DNA from: a virus
Virus record (IMG/VR): IMGVR_UViG_3300032242_002717
Span: 23,402-87,401 of that record
Strand: one strand, 5' to 3'
Length of the DNA stretch: 64,000 nucleotides
Shown here: positions 46,472-55,391 of the stretch, piece by piece
Position numbering within the stretch: position 1 is the stretch's first letter
Layout of the letters: each line of letters opens with the position of its first letter
Translations under genes and position numbers: made by a program
Notes under the pieces: model-generated
What the model was told of the DNA's origin: nothing
Databases searched by the model: none
Seen by the model: only the letters and a program-made list of their open reading frames with translations

Positions 46472-47230
46472 ATGCGTTTTTCGGCTGTTTCTGCCTTGTG
46501 CTTTTTGCTTTCTTCGCAGTTTGCGCGATCCAATTCGATGGACGCGACAATCGATTGCCCATCGGCAAGCCCACCGTACAGGCTAATCAAGGGTTCTGTG
46601 TCTGGTATCACGGTCGAGGATACGGAATGGGAGATCATCTCGATTAGCAATCCAGCCGTGACCGTTGATGTTCAGGAGCTTGACGCGAAAGGGTCTGCAA
46701 TTGTTTGGACTGCCCCGCCAGGGCAGTACCGAATGACTTCCTGGGTTGTTTCTGATGGAAGGCTTCATCGCGCGATGCGACTTGTGAGTGTTCGAGAAGA
46801 CGCATTCCCGTCCCCTCCATCGCCTCCCCCCGCGCCCAACCCTGCTCCTCCTGGGCCTCCGTCTCCTGCCCCTTTGCCTCCGCCAAGCCCCAATCCGCCA
46901 TCTCCTCCATCTCCATCAAAATATGGATTTACGGAAATTGTTGAGGCTTCTGCTGTGGCCAACAGCCTAACAATCGATCAGAGAATGCAGCTTGCCGCTA
47001 TGATGAAAGACGTTGGTCAATCAGGAATTGATGGAAAGTTCGCATCTGTTGGTGATTTCATGTCTGCTCACGCGACAAAACTCCATGCAATTCCAGGATG
47101 GGATCTGTTTGCCAAAAAGATCATGGACTCAATCCAGCCAAGAATCGTGGAGCTTTGGAAAGTTCCTTCCAATAGAGATCCAAAGATTCTCGGAGAATGG
47201 TGGGTCGAGTGCGCTGGAGGACTTCAGTGA
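46472..47230 (+). CDS. exported protein with Pro-rich linker (putative lysis module)
   Basis: Signal-peptide-like N-terminus, Ig-like segment (WTAPPGQY), ~35-aa poly-Pro linker, helical C-terminal domain. Confidence 0.65.
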   Translation: MRFSAVSALCFLLSSQFARSNSMDATIDCPSASPPYRLIKGSVSGITVEDTEWEIISISNPAVTVDVQELDAKGSAIVWTAPPGQYRMTSWVVSDGRLHRAMRLVSVREDAFPSPPSPPPAPNPAPPGPPSPAPLPPPSPNPPSPPSPSKYGFTEIVEASAVANSLTIDQRMQLAAMMKDVGQSGIDGKFASVGDFMSAHATKLHAIPGWDLFAKKIMDSIQPRIVELWKVPSNRDPKILGEWWVECAGGLQ

Positions 47231-48120
47231 TCGAAAATTTTGGATGGATTGCGATGCCGGGAGAATCCGAACGGATCGCAGCGTCTCAACCGATTCCGAC
47301 GATGTCGGATGTCACATGGCTTAAAGATGCCGGAAAAGGGAAAACAGTTCTTCTTTACCAGTGTCTTGAAAAAGTCACTGGTAAACCTTGGCCGATTCGC
47401 AATCAGGGTTCTGCGGGGACATGCGTAAGCTTTGGTGCGGCCCAGTGCATGGACTGCCTGATTGGCGTTCAGATTGTGATGGGCAACGAAAGCCTTCGAT
47501 TTGACGCAGAGTCGGCAACAGAACCTATCTATGGTGGAAGTCGTGTGGAGATAGGCGGAGGTAAGATCTGGGGCGATGGAAGTGTTGGCGCGTGGGCGGC
47601 ACAATGGCTAAACCAGTATGGGAATATACCTAGATCAAAGTACGGGAAATACGATTTGTCTCAATATTCAATTGAGACATCAAGAAATTGGGGAAGAAAT
47701 GGTGTCCCGGACGATCTTGAGCCTACAATAAGGCAGTTTCCAGTCAAAGCTTTCACGATGATTAAAACCTACGAGGAGGCTCGTGATGCAATTGCCTCTG
47801 GCTATCCAATTACGGTGGCCAGCAATTACGGATTCACGATGAACAGGGACTCTCAAGGGTTTTGTTCACCAAGGGGCAGGTGGGGACATCAGATGTGCGT
47901 TTTGGGCGTCGATGACGACTCAAAGAGACCTGGGGTTCTTTTGTTTAACTCCTGGGGTCCATATCTGGGTTCTTCCCCTAAAGGCAAGTTCCCTATCCCA
48001 GACGGTTCGTTTTGGGTGGAAGCTGAAGTGTTCACGTCGATGGCATCACAGGGAGACACGTTTGCGTTTGCGCATGCGGTTGGACTCCCTGCAACGGACT
48101 TTAATTTTCCGCTTTATTGA
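47227..48120 (+). CDS. papain-like (C1-type) cysteine peptidase
   Basis: NQGSAGTCVSFG (oxyanion Q, catalytic C), GHQMCVLG (H), LFNSWG (N). Confidence 0.85.
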   Translation: MIENFGWIAMPGESERIAASQPIPTMSDVTWLKDAGKGKTVLLYQCLEKVTGKPWPIRNQGSAGTCVSFGAAQCMDCLIGVQIVMGNESLRFDAESATEPIYGGSRVEIGGGKIWGDGSVGAWAAQWLNQYGNIPRSKYGKYDLSQYSIETSRNWGRNGVPDDLEPTIRQFPVKAFTMIKTYEEARDAIASGYPITVASNYGFTMNRDSQGFCSPRGRWGHQMCVLGVDDDSKRPGVLLFNSWGPYLGSSPKGKFPIPDGSFWVEAEVFTSMASQGDTFAFAHAVGLPATDFNFPLY

Positions 48121-48521
48121 GGAGGCAGTCTTTGTCTTACAGAGATCTAAAGTATCCAGAAAATCTGGATTTTTCCGCCTTGAACGACATTATCAAAGGC
48201 GACAATGCCGCAAAGGCAAAAGCCGAGTATCACGTTCAGGGATTTCTGTTTGGCCGAATCCTGGGAGAGCCTAATCCTCCTGCTCCAATGGTCTCTGGCC
48301 AATCTGAAAATGACGATACCACGGTATTTTCGCCCGCGCTGATCCATCCAGCAGAAATTGAATCAGCAAAGCCTTTCTCAACTGAAGAAATTTCAGTTAT
48401 GAAGCCGGTTTCTGCCGGTCCTATTGCCGATGTGATCTTGGTGATTCGCCTAATTGCCACGATCCGCAAATACGCTCCGGCATTTTATGACTTTTTAAAG
48501 CAGTACATCGTATCTCGATGA
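48117..48521 (+). CDS. hypothetical protein (start uncertain)
   Basis: Follows the peptidase; amphipathic C-terminal helix. Confidence 0.55.
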   Translation: MRRQSLSYRDLKYPENLDFSALNDIIKGDNAAKAKAEYHVQGFLFGRILGEPNPPAPMVSGQSENDDTTVFSPALIHPAEIESAKPFSTEEISVMKPVSAGPIADVILVIRLIATIRKYAPAFYDFLKQYIVSR

Positions 48522-48556
48522 TGCTTTGAATTGTCTATGTTTTATTGGAGACACGC

Positions 48557-48778
48557 ATGCATAGTTTGGTTTTTGTTGCTTCGATTGTTTTGGGCCAATG
48601 TCCAGGCGGAACATGCCCAATCCCCCTTGCAAGGCCAGCGGCACAAGTGTTTAGCTCAAGCCCTGTCATTGTAAACAAGTCAGCACCTGTCTATGTGACT
48701 TCCAGCCAGCCTGTCTATGCGGCGCGTAGCCGCAAAGCCAGGAAGTCTGTTTTCGGCATCTTTGGCAAATGCCGATAA
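48557..48778 (+). CDS. small secreted protein with QCPGGTCP motif
   Basis: GGAG SD; short signal-like N-terminus, CPGGTC, basic C-terminus. Confidence 0.6.
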   Translation: MHSLVFVASIVLGQCPGGTCPIPLARPAAQVFSSSPVIVNKSAPVYVTSSQPVYAARSRKARKSVFGIFGKCR

Positions 48779-48790
48779 AAGAGCTTTCTT

Positions 48791-49063
48791 ATGAAGCTCG
48801 ATATTCGGGTCAGTCACTCGATTGACCTTTCACGTTCAGCCAAGGAGTTTATCATGTCGGTACTTAGCGAAAAAGAAGACGCGCTGAAGGTTGCCGTCGA
48901 GACGGCAGTAACCCTGATCAAAACCCTTTCGGAAAAGGTGACTCAGCTTCAGGTTCAGGTGGGCCAGGCCCCAACGGCTGAAGAACTTGCTGTGATCGAT
49001 CAGGTCACTGCAAATCTCAACGCCGCTGTTGCCCCTGCTCCTGTTCCTGCTCCTGCTTCCTGA
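48791..49063 (+). CDS. small coiled-coil protein with Pro-Ala tail
   Basis: Heptad repeat and APAPVPAPAS end; internal AAGGAG-ATG at 48854 gives a possible second start. Confidence 0.6.
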   Translation: MKLDIRVSHSIDLSRSAKEFIMSVLSEKEDALKVAVETAVTLIKTLSEKVTQLQVQVGQAPTAEELAVIDQVTANLNAAVAPAPVPAPAS

Positions 49064-49179
49064 TTTCACTCAGGACTGCTTACGCTAAACTTTTCTCCGT
49101 CGTGTTCAGCGTCAGTTGGGCGCGGCGGAGAATTTTATTTTGCCTGAATCGCTGTTTGTTCGGTTTGTTTGGAGTTGAG

Positions 49180-49794
49180 ATGCTAGGTGAAATCCAAGGC
49201 GACATCGAGTCCGGTTCTGCCACTCTGCCAGATGGTCACACCTTATGCTGGAAGGCCAATGGTGTAGGAGGACGCATCTATTACTCCACGGAAGTTGGTG
49301 GGGGCGTTTTAGCGTGGGATACTAGCTTGGTGTATCCAACAACTCTTATTTCTGCGATTGCCGTAGAGAATCTTTTGCTAAGCCAACGGATCAATATGAG
49401 ATCCCTTGAAGCTCAGGGCGAAATCGAGGACAGCTACGAAGAAGAGCTTGAAGACGACACTTTGCCTTCCGAACCCGAAGTCACTCAAGATGAATACGAT
49501 ACAATCGTTCAGCAAGAAGCACGAAAAATAATCGAGCAGGCCAGAAATACCATAGAGAATGCCACTCAGAAACTCAATTTTCGTCAAATGGTAATCGGAT
49601 GCAACTGGGTTGACGCTCAAAAAACTTTGTCTGAAATCGGCGTTCGTCCTATGTTCTTTACGCAAGACAAAGAATTTCTCCCCACTCCAGGATCGCAAAA
49701 AAGCGAATACCTTGAGCCTAACGACATGGTTTTATTTTTAGACAAAAGCCTAACCGTTGTCGACGTTGAATTTCCTGATAATTTTCGAGATTGA
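49180..49794 (+). CDS. acidic hypothetical protein
   Basis: GGAG SD before ATG 49180. Confidence 0.6.
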   Translation: MLGEIQGDIESGSATLPDGHTLCWKANGVGGRIYYSTEVGGGVLAWDTSLVYPTTLISAIAVENLLLSQRINMRSLEAQGEIEDSYEEELEDDTLPSEPEVTQDEYDTIVQQEARKIIEQARNTIENATQKLNFRQMVIGCNWVDAQKTLSEIGVRPMFFTQDKEFLPTPGSQKSEYLEPNDMVLFLDKSLTVVDVEFPDNFRD

Positions 49795-49828
49795 CTGCTC
49801 AGAAAAAGCTGATAGCATCTATTCCGAT

Positions 49829-50028
49829 CACATCTCTCCTCTCGGTTTCAGGCGTGTACGCCTGGAGGTGTGGTTTCCGCCCGGCAGGTGGTCAGACCTG
49901 CCGGGCACTTTCGTTTCCCGCCAAAGGGAATTGAAAGCCTAGCCCGACAGGCAATATTGACCTACGGCGCGTCTGTGCTGTCAGACGGTAGATAGTTCGA
50001 GATTTCCGACAGAGGTCGATCCTTGCCT
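49829..50028 (+). ncRNA. candidate structured RNA / multi-hairpin element between convergent operons
   Basis: At least six stems visible; G-U pairs favour the + strand; no family recognised. Confidence 0.3.
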
Positions 50029-50040
50029 CGTTTGCGCTCG

Positions 50041-50286
50041 CTATAGCGAAAGCTTAGACTCGGGCGACTGAACCGAATCTACATGGCTCTGTTTTTCGGT
50101 CTTAGCTTGGTCTTGCTGGCAAGGCTTTGCGTGCGACTGGAATGAAATTTCGGCGTTAACTTTATCGGATGAGTCTGGATGCCCTTCGTATCTTAATGAT
50201 ACGGTCGTGTCCCACTGTCTCGTGTACTGGTCTGGCCTGCACCCTGAAGCGCAAAGAGAAACACAGATAATAGCCAGGCTTCGCAT
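50041..50286 (-). CDS. small lipoprotein
   Basis: MRSLAIICVSLCASGC lipobox-like N-terminus; GAGGA SD. Confidence 0.6.
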   Translation of the reverse strand: MRSLAIICVSLCASGCRPDQYTRQWDTTVSLRYEGHPDSSDKVNAEISFQSHAKPCQQDQAKTEKQSHVDSVQSPESKLSL

Positions 50287-50338
50287 CGTGCTATCCTCTC
50301 GGTTTTGCCGTGGTCAGCGGCGTTAGGAAGTTCCTGTA

Positions 50339-50872
50339 TTATATTTGGCAGTCACGGTTGTTTTTCTTTAGACTTCTTTTTTTCCTTTTGCGTTTTTCGA
50401 CTTTGAATTCTGCCAGTTTCACCCACGTCTCGCTGCTTTTGTCCCAGGCAAAAGCCTTTGATATTTGCCGAGTGTGGCGAATGTGATACTTCTGATTGTC
50501 TGACGACCAAGGAAAATCAGAAATATCACGAAATGATTTTTTGTCAAAAATACTGAATTCCGATTTTATCTTGGACGGGTTTATCACACGACCTTCCCGA
50601 GAAAAAGCGGGTCTATCGTAGACGTAACCTGTTTTTATGGAGGTCTTGATTGTTTTTGATCCGTCTTTGACTCGGCAGTTGTAGTACTTGTTTCCGTCAT
50701 ATGAAAAAATGTTTACATGACGTATTTTGCGTGGCTTTGTGAGGTATTTTAGCCAAAACACGCATTTGAGGGTTTTCTTGCTTTGCAAGCGAAAACGAAA
50801 TACGCCTAGCGCTCTATTGCGGACATAGTGGTCTCCAAACTCTATGATCGGGTAATCGGTCCATCCGTTCAT
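50339..50872 (-). CDS. basic hypothetical protein
   Basis: WTDYPIIEFGD...YDGNKY...IKTGYVY phage-type motif; GGAG SD. Confidence 0.6.
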   Translation of the reverse strand: MNGWTDYPIIEFGDHYVRNRALGVFRFRLQSKKTLKCVFWLKYLTKPRKIRHVNIFSYDGNKYYNCRVKDGSKTIKTSIKTGYVYDRPAFSREGRVINPSKIKSEFSIFDKKSFRDISDFPWSSDNQKYHIRHTRQISKAFAWDKSSETWVKLAEFKVEKRKRKKRSLKKNNRDCQI

Positions 50873-50892
50873 CGTTCATGTCTCCCGTTTAT

Positions 50893-51180
50893 TTAATTGA
50901 AGCTTTTCCAGCTTCGGATTACTCTCCGGCCAGAAGGGACGTTGACGTAAATTCCAAGGTCTTCTAATGGGACAGGGCATCCTCTTCTTTTTTCGTAAGG
51001 CACTATTTCCACCCCTGTGGAATCGATCTCGCTTTCGTAGCGATCCATTGCCCACGCAACAGCGTGAGCAAGAGCTTCGTCGGAAGTGTCAAACTTGACG
51101 GACAGCCCCCATGGTTTCCATGACCATTTTTTGCTGCTTGTCTGGAAGACTTTCACCCAGTTCCTGAGTCGAAACGGCAT
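50893..51180 (-). CDS. hypothetical protein
   Basis: AGGA SD; part of the operon. Confidence 0.55.
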   Translation of the reverse strand: MPFRLRNWVKVFQTSSKKWSWKPWGLSVKFDTSDEALAHAVAWAMDRYESEIDSTGVEIVPYEKRRGCPVPLEDLGIYVNVPSGRRVIRSWKSFN

Positions 51181-51189
51181 GGAATGTTC

Positions 51190-51480
51190 CTACCTTGTCG
51201 CTTGTGTTTTGTGTTCGGCACTGACAATCAGCCCGCCGATGCCCGTAGGTTCAGTTCCTGATGGACCAAGATAATTAGACATCGCGTCTTCTATATTCTT
51301 GTCCAACAGTTGCTCGGCGATGGATTGAGCTTCGTCCAAATTGCTTGCCGCGATTGTCGATCCATCAAGTTTTGATATGATTTCTCTGCAAATTTCAAGA
51401 TGCCCATGTCCATCCGTGGACTCACAGGACACTAGAAATGAATTAGATTCTTCTGGCGAAGCTTTTTTGTCATTCGTCAT
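51190..51480 (-). CDS. acidic hypothetical protein
   Basis: AGGAG SD; overlaps the upstream gene. Confidence 0.5.
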   Translation of the reverse strand: MTNDKKASPEESNSFLVSCESTDGHGHLEICREIISKLDGSTIAASNLDEAQSIAEQLLDKNIEDAMSNYLGPSGTEPTGIGGLIVSAEHKTQATR

Positions 51481-51697
51481 TACTGGCAATCTCCTGTCCT
51501 TTTTCAGTCACTTCAAGAGTCCAGTACTGTTGGTCGTATTGAATTCCTGTTGGCTCGTGAACAGGACGATTTATCTTAATCCACCCGGACGACTCCATCG
51601 CCTCAAGATCTTCCGAACTGTACAGGCTTGTGAAATGAACGCCGGACTCAGTGCGTGTTGTTATCCTTTTCAAAATATCTTCGAGGGCTTTATTCAT
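51470..51697 (-). CDS. hypothetical protein
   Basis: AGGAG SD, ATGA overlap. Confidence 0.6.
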   Translation of the reverse strand: MNKALEDILKRITTRTESGVHFTSLYSSEDLEAMESSGWIKINRPVHEPTGIQYDQQYWTLEVTEKGQEIASNDE

Positions 51698-52209
51698 TTC
51701 TGTTCTCCTGCATGTGGATGCAAAACGGACTCAATCAGTTCTCTGACTACCGGCTCAAAGCTGCGATCTTTTATTTCCCATCGGAAATCACCTGACTTTG
51801 TGGGATCGAAAGCATGAAAATGCTTCCATTCTGACTCAGTGTTTGCAAAAAACGAAATAAAGTCTCCATAGTATGTTGCTACCGCCCGAATCCTGGCAAT
51901 AGGCGTTCCCGACTTGATTGTCTTTCCGTTGTTGTGCGGCTTCGACTCTCCAATTTCCATAAGCTCCAGATCAACCGGAAGCGTCACGATTTCCGCTTGC
52001 TCAATGCCTTTCCCTGTGTAAATAGCCTCTCTTTCGTTAAGGTGGCGGCAAGCCTTTGCTGCCTCTTCAATCGTGTCGAGGCATTCATGCATGTTGCCTC
52101 GGTCGTCCTGAATATAGTATCCGTCAGATTTCTTGGAGATCGTGAATTTTGCCACGGCTACAAGTCCTACTTGGGTTTGATTGAGGGACATAATTAAAGA
52201 GTGCGGCAT
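51694..52209 (-). CDS. hypothetical protein (downstream of motif copy 1)
   Basis: ORF starts just after the repeat motif. Confidence 0.6.
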   Translation of the reverse strand: MPHSLIMSLNQTQVGLVAVAKFTISKKSDGYYIQDDRGNMHECLDTIEEAAKACRHLNEREAIYTGKGIEQAEIVTLPVDLELMEIGESKPHNNGKTIKSGTPIARIRAVATYYGDFISFFANTESEWKHFHAFDPTKSGDFRWEIKDRSFEPVVRELIESVLHPHAGEQK

Positions 52210-52308
52210 CGGTCGGTTAAGGTTCAAAAAATTTTTTAGGGGGGGCGTTTGGTTTTTAGGTTTAATGCTATTAGGCTGACGGAACGACCGGCAGCCAGCT
52301 AATGTTGA

Positions 52309-52998
52309 CTAACTGGCAGCACACTCGATTTCGCTGCCTTTCAGCTTCGCGCCAGCCTGGAAAACCTGAATCGGCCTTCCCGCATCTGTGACAATCTGAG
52401 TTCTGGGGGTTTCATCTTCTGGGTAAGCCGCCCATCCGAACGTGCGTTCGCTTTCACCATGGCCAAGTTCCGCCTCTTCCCAAGACCTGTATTCGGAGAC
52501 CCGGAACCCCACATGACCTTTGGCGTTCACTGTCCATTCGGCATGAACACACTCTCGGTCCACCCCAAGCGGAGAGATGCCTCCGCCTGGGGTCATGGTG
52601 GCAGTCTTGTCTAACCACATTTTTTTAACCATCGAATCATAGTCGAGATAATGACATGACCCCTTTGGTGCCACAAATCGGCATAGGTCTTTCGCCATGT
52701 CGATGCAGGTAAATGCGTGCTTCTGAGGAACTACTATGTATACTCCACCCTTCTCGTCAACGCAAATCCCATCGAAAGACTCGGCGGCTTCCCTAGCGAA
52801 TCGCCGGTAATTCTGCCTGTGCCTCCATGTTTGGTGTTCGTCCTCAGGAATCAGGGGAATCATGGCCATTTGACCGATTAACACGACCGATTGATTCTCT
52901 AGGACAACCTTCCAGATTGGCGTCTCGTCTCTTGCGAAGTCCCCAAAGATTGGGGACTTGCCAGACTTTGGAGTGTAGATAAAGAGCTTGGTGATCAC
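52309..52998 (-). CDS. hypothetical protein
   Basis: AAAGGA SD before GTG 52998. Confidence 0.6.
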   Translation of the reverse strand: MITKLFIYTPKSGKSPIFGDFARDETPIWKVVLENQSVVLIGQMAMIPLIPEDEHQTWRHRQNYRRFAREAAESFDGICVDEKGGVYIVVPQKHAFTCIDMAKDLCRFVAPKGSCHYLDYDSMVKKMWLDKTATMTPGGGISPLGVDRECVHAEWTVNAKGHVGFRVSEYRSWEEAELGHGESERTFGWAAYPEDETPRTQIVTDAGRPIQVFQAGAKLKGSEIECAAS

Positions 52999-53137
52999 AG
53001 GAGTGTCCTTTGTGAAAACAGTTCTGATTGTGACGTAATAAGTTCGCAGGCAGTACCGCAGCAATGACATCGATTTCAAAAAATCGTTCAGGGGGGGGCG
53101 GGATAGGAAGATAGTTATTTAGCCAAGGGGCATGCGA

Positions 53138-53562
53138 GGGGTTGCACTCGCAGCCCCTATGGCAGCGATCACAGACTTGGGGATGTAATGCGTCCCCGGT
53201 CGAAATCCTCGGGTGAACCCGACCGATAGTTGTACACGAAGGTCACACCATCTGGTGTGACGTAAATCTTGCGACCGTCACGGTCCTTTGCCCCGGTGGC
53301 GCGGCAATTAATCGTCAGCGTACCCTTAAACGCATTGCCGTTTCTTACCGTGTTATACGCAAACTCCGAGTGTGCGTAGAGGGGAACAATTCCCGGCACT
53401 TGTACTCGCACGGGGCCGCCTGAGTTCGTGCTAAAGGTTATTGCGGACATTCCTTCACCAGCGGCATTGATTTCGAGGATTTTGCGAGCCTCATCCTTCA
53501 GTTCTTCCAGAGTCATCGTCTTGCTCCTGCGTTCGGGGTTATGGGGCTGCACTCGCAGCCCC
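53138..53562. repeat. two 20-bp hairpin direct repeats GGGG(C/T)TGC-ACTC-GCAGCCCC flanking one gene
   Basis: Copies at 53138-53157 and 53543-53562, one mismatch. Confidence 0.8.
53169..53516 (-). CDS. hypothetical protein
   Basis: AGGAG SD before ATG 53516. Confidence 0.65.
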   Translation of the reverse strand: MTLEELKDEARKILEINAAGEGMSAITFSTNSGGPVRVQVPGIVPLYAHSEFAYNTVRNGNAFKGTLTINCRATGAKDRDGRKIYVTPDGVTFVYNYRSGSPEDFDRGRITSPSL

Positions 53563-53576
53563 AAGAGGGTGGTCAA

Positions 53577-54308
53577 TTAGTCTGTTTGCTCACCATTGTC
53601 TTCCGGCTCTTGATCCAACAAATCTTTTTGGCAAGGCTCGCAATAGCAAGGGGAGTCAATGCTTACTCCGCACCCTTCGCACTCGCAATCTGATCCCGTC
53701 TCGGAGTCTTTTGACTCGTCAAGCTCGTCCAGAGCCGAGCTTGCGCGATCCATGTCTTCGCAACGAACAAAAAACATATGTAGCAAGAATTCTCCGTCAT
53801 AGTCCATTTCCTGGTACTCTCTGTATGGAACACCATGCGATTGCAAAATTTCCTGAATGCTCTCGATGTCATCATACTCGTGAGTGTCTCCAGCTTGACC
53901 GCAAGTATCGCTGGAGATTGCGGCGATGTTCTGCCACCCCGGCTTGGATTCGGGCCAAGGCATGTCGTCATCCTCGTCACGATGACAGAATTCCAGATCC
54001 ACCTTGCGTGCCAAGGCGTGAAGCTCCCGAGGCAGGGCTTTTCTTCGTAGACACCCGACATAGACTTTGTGGTCGTCGATGTCGAACAAGTCGATTGAGA
54101 GGTAGTCGCTGTCGCAATCGTCAACCTCCCAATCTCCGACGACAATGTCAGACTCCACGAATCCAAGAGATTTAAGGAGAGATTTAAGGATTAGTGTAGC
54201 TTGGTCGAGAGCGTCATTGTCGCTTTCGGCCTCAAATTCTTGGTCGCGGTCCAACGACATGTCTCTGGGTTTGATGGACGATGTGGCGGACAGGTGATAT
54301 TCACTCAT
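53577..54308 (-). CDS. highly acidic protein with C-terminal Zn finger
   Basis: Very D/E-rich; CEGC...CEPC; AAGGA SD fused to motif copy 3. Confidence 0.65.
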   Translation of the reverse strand: MSEYHLSATSSIKPRDMSLDRDQEFEAESDNDALDQATLILKSLLKSLGFVESDIVVGDWEVDDCDSDYLSIDLFDIDDHKVYVGCLRRKALPRELHALARKVDLEFCHRDEDDDMPWPESKPGWQNIAAISSDTCGQAGDTHEYDDIESIQEILQSHGVPYREYQEMDYDGEFLLHMFFVRCEDMDRASSALDELDESKDSETGSDCECEGCGVSIDSPCYCEPCQKDLLDQEPEDNGEQTD

Positions 54309-54382
54309 GGCTGCGTTCCTTCTCAAAAAATCGTTCAGGGGGGGGACTGAGGTATTCTATCTCTACCTCGTGCGAGTGATGA

Positions 54383-54784
54383 TTAGTTGGTGGGCTTGAA
54401 AAGATCGGCTGCGTAAGCCGCAACCCAATCCGCTTCATAAGCCTTTCGCTCGTCAGGACTCATAGCCACGATTCTCTCACATTCCGCTCGGCTGGCTCGC
54501 AATTTAGCGGCCTGATCGTGCGTCAAGACGTAGTTGTTGACGTGACCAACGCCCAGATGCGAGTCGAGCAGATCGGACAGCACCCAACCCAGTCGATCTC
54601 GATCATCTTGAGTTATTCTTGCATCGCACTGACTGATCGCAGTCCAGTCTGACGCCGCGCCCACGCCACCTGGCCAGGTTTGGTCATCCGAGTACAAGGC
54701 GAATCCCGCCTGGCCATCGTGCGGCCCTTGAACCAAAATCTCGCCATTGACGGTCACAACATAGCCAACGTGAAAATATGACAT
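54383..54784 (-). CDS. hypothetical protein
   Basis: GGAG SD. Confidence 0.6.
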   Translation of the reverse strand: MSYFHVGYVVTVNGEILVQGPHDGQAGFALYSDDQTWPGGVGAASDWTAISQCDARITQDDRDRLGWVLSDLLDSHLGVGHVNNYVLTHDQAAKLRASRAECERIVAMSPDERKAYEADWVAAYAADLFKPTN

Positions 54785-54852
54785 TTGAGCGACTCCAGCA
54801 ATTTGAGGTAAAGCGAGGCCAGAACGAGTGGCCTCGCGTGAAGCCAGGGGAA

Positions 54853-55266
54853 TCAGGATACTAACGTCAATTTGATATTGCGGTTCGCTGCCGGATCGAT
54901 TCGAAATAGGTGGCCGTCGATGTTGATCTGATCGCCCAAGTCGGCCTTGACTAGCAGTCCCTGGCGTTCGGACTCAAGCAGGCACGCCTGAGTGCCTGCG
55001 CCGTCAGATGCGAGGATAATTGGGTTTGGCGTCACCCAAGCCCATGGGCCTGGCACAAGCTCGCCACCGCATACCTTGCGGTGAGCAAATCCTGGCGGAA
55101 CGTATCCGAAAGAGAACCCGGAGATGCATCGTTCGCCAACCATCAGCACAACCTGCTTGACTGGATCTTGCACGTCCCAGTAGTTGCGAGCGATGTAGTT
55201 TCCATCCAGGTCAAAAGACTTGGTGATTGAGATCTTATCAAGGTCTATGTCGATTGGTGCGTTCAT
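54853..55266 (-). CDS. hypothetical protein
   Basis: AGGAG SD before ATG 55266; the longer 330-aa ORF call is judged spurious. Confidence 0.6.
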   Translation of the reverse strand: MNAPIDIDLDKISITKSFDLDGNYIARNYWDVQDPVKQVVLMVGERCISGFSFGYVPPGFAHRKVCGGELVPGPWAWVTPNPIILASDGAGTQACLLESERQGLLVKADLGDQINIDGHLFRIDPAANRNIKLTLVS

Positions 55267-55391
55267 TACGAACTCCTGACGTGAGGTCTCAAAAAATCGT
55301 CCAGGGGGGGCGATGCATAATATTGGGTTATAGATGGTCTCCACATGGAGACCATCTGATCGTGGGTTAGCAAGAGCTTCCTGTGGAGAAA

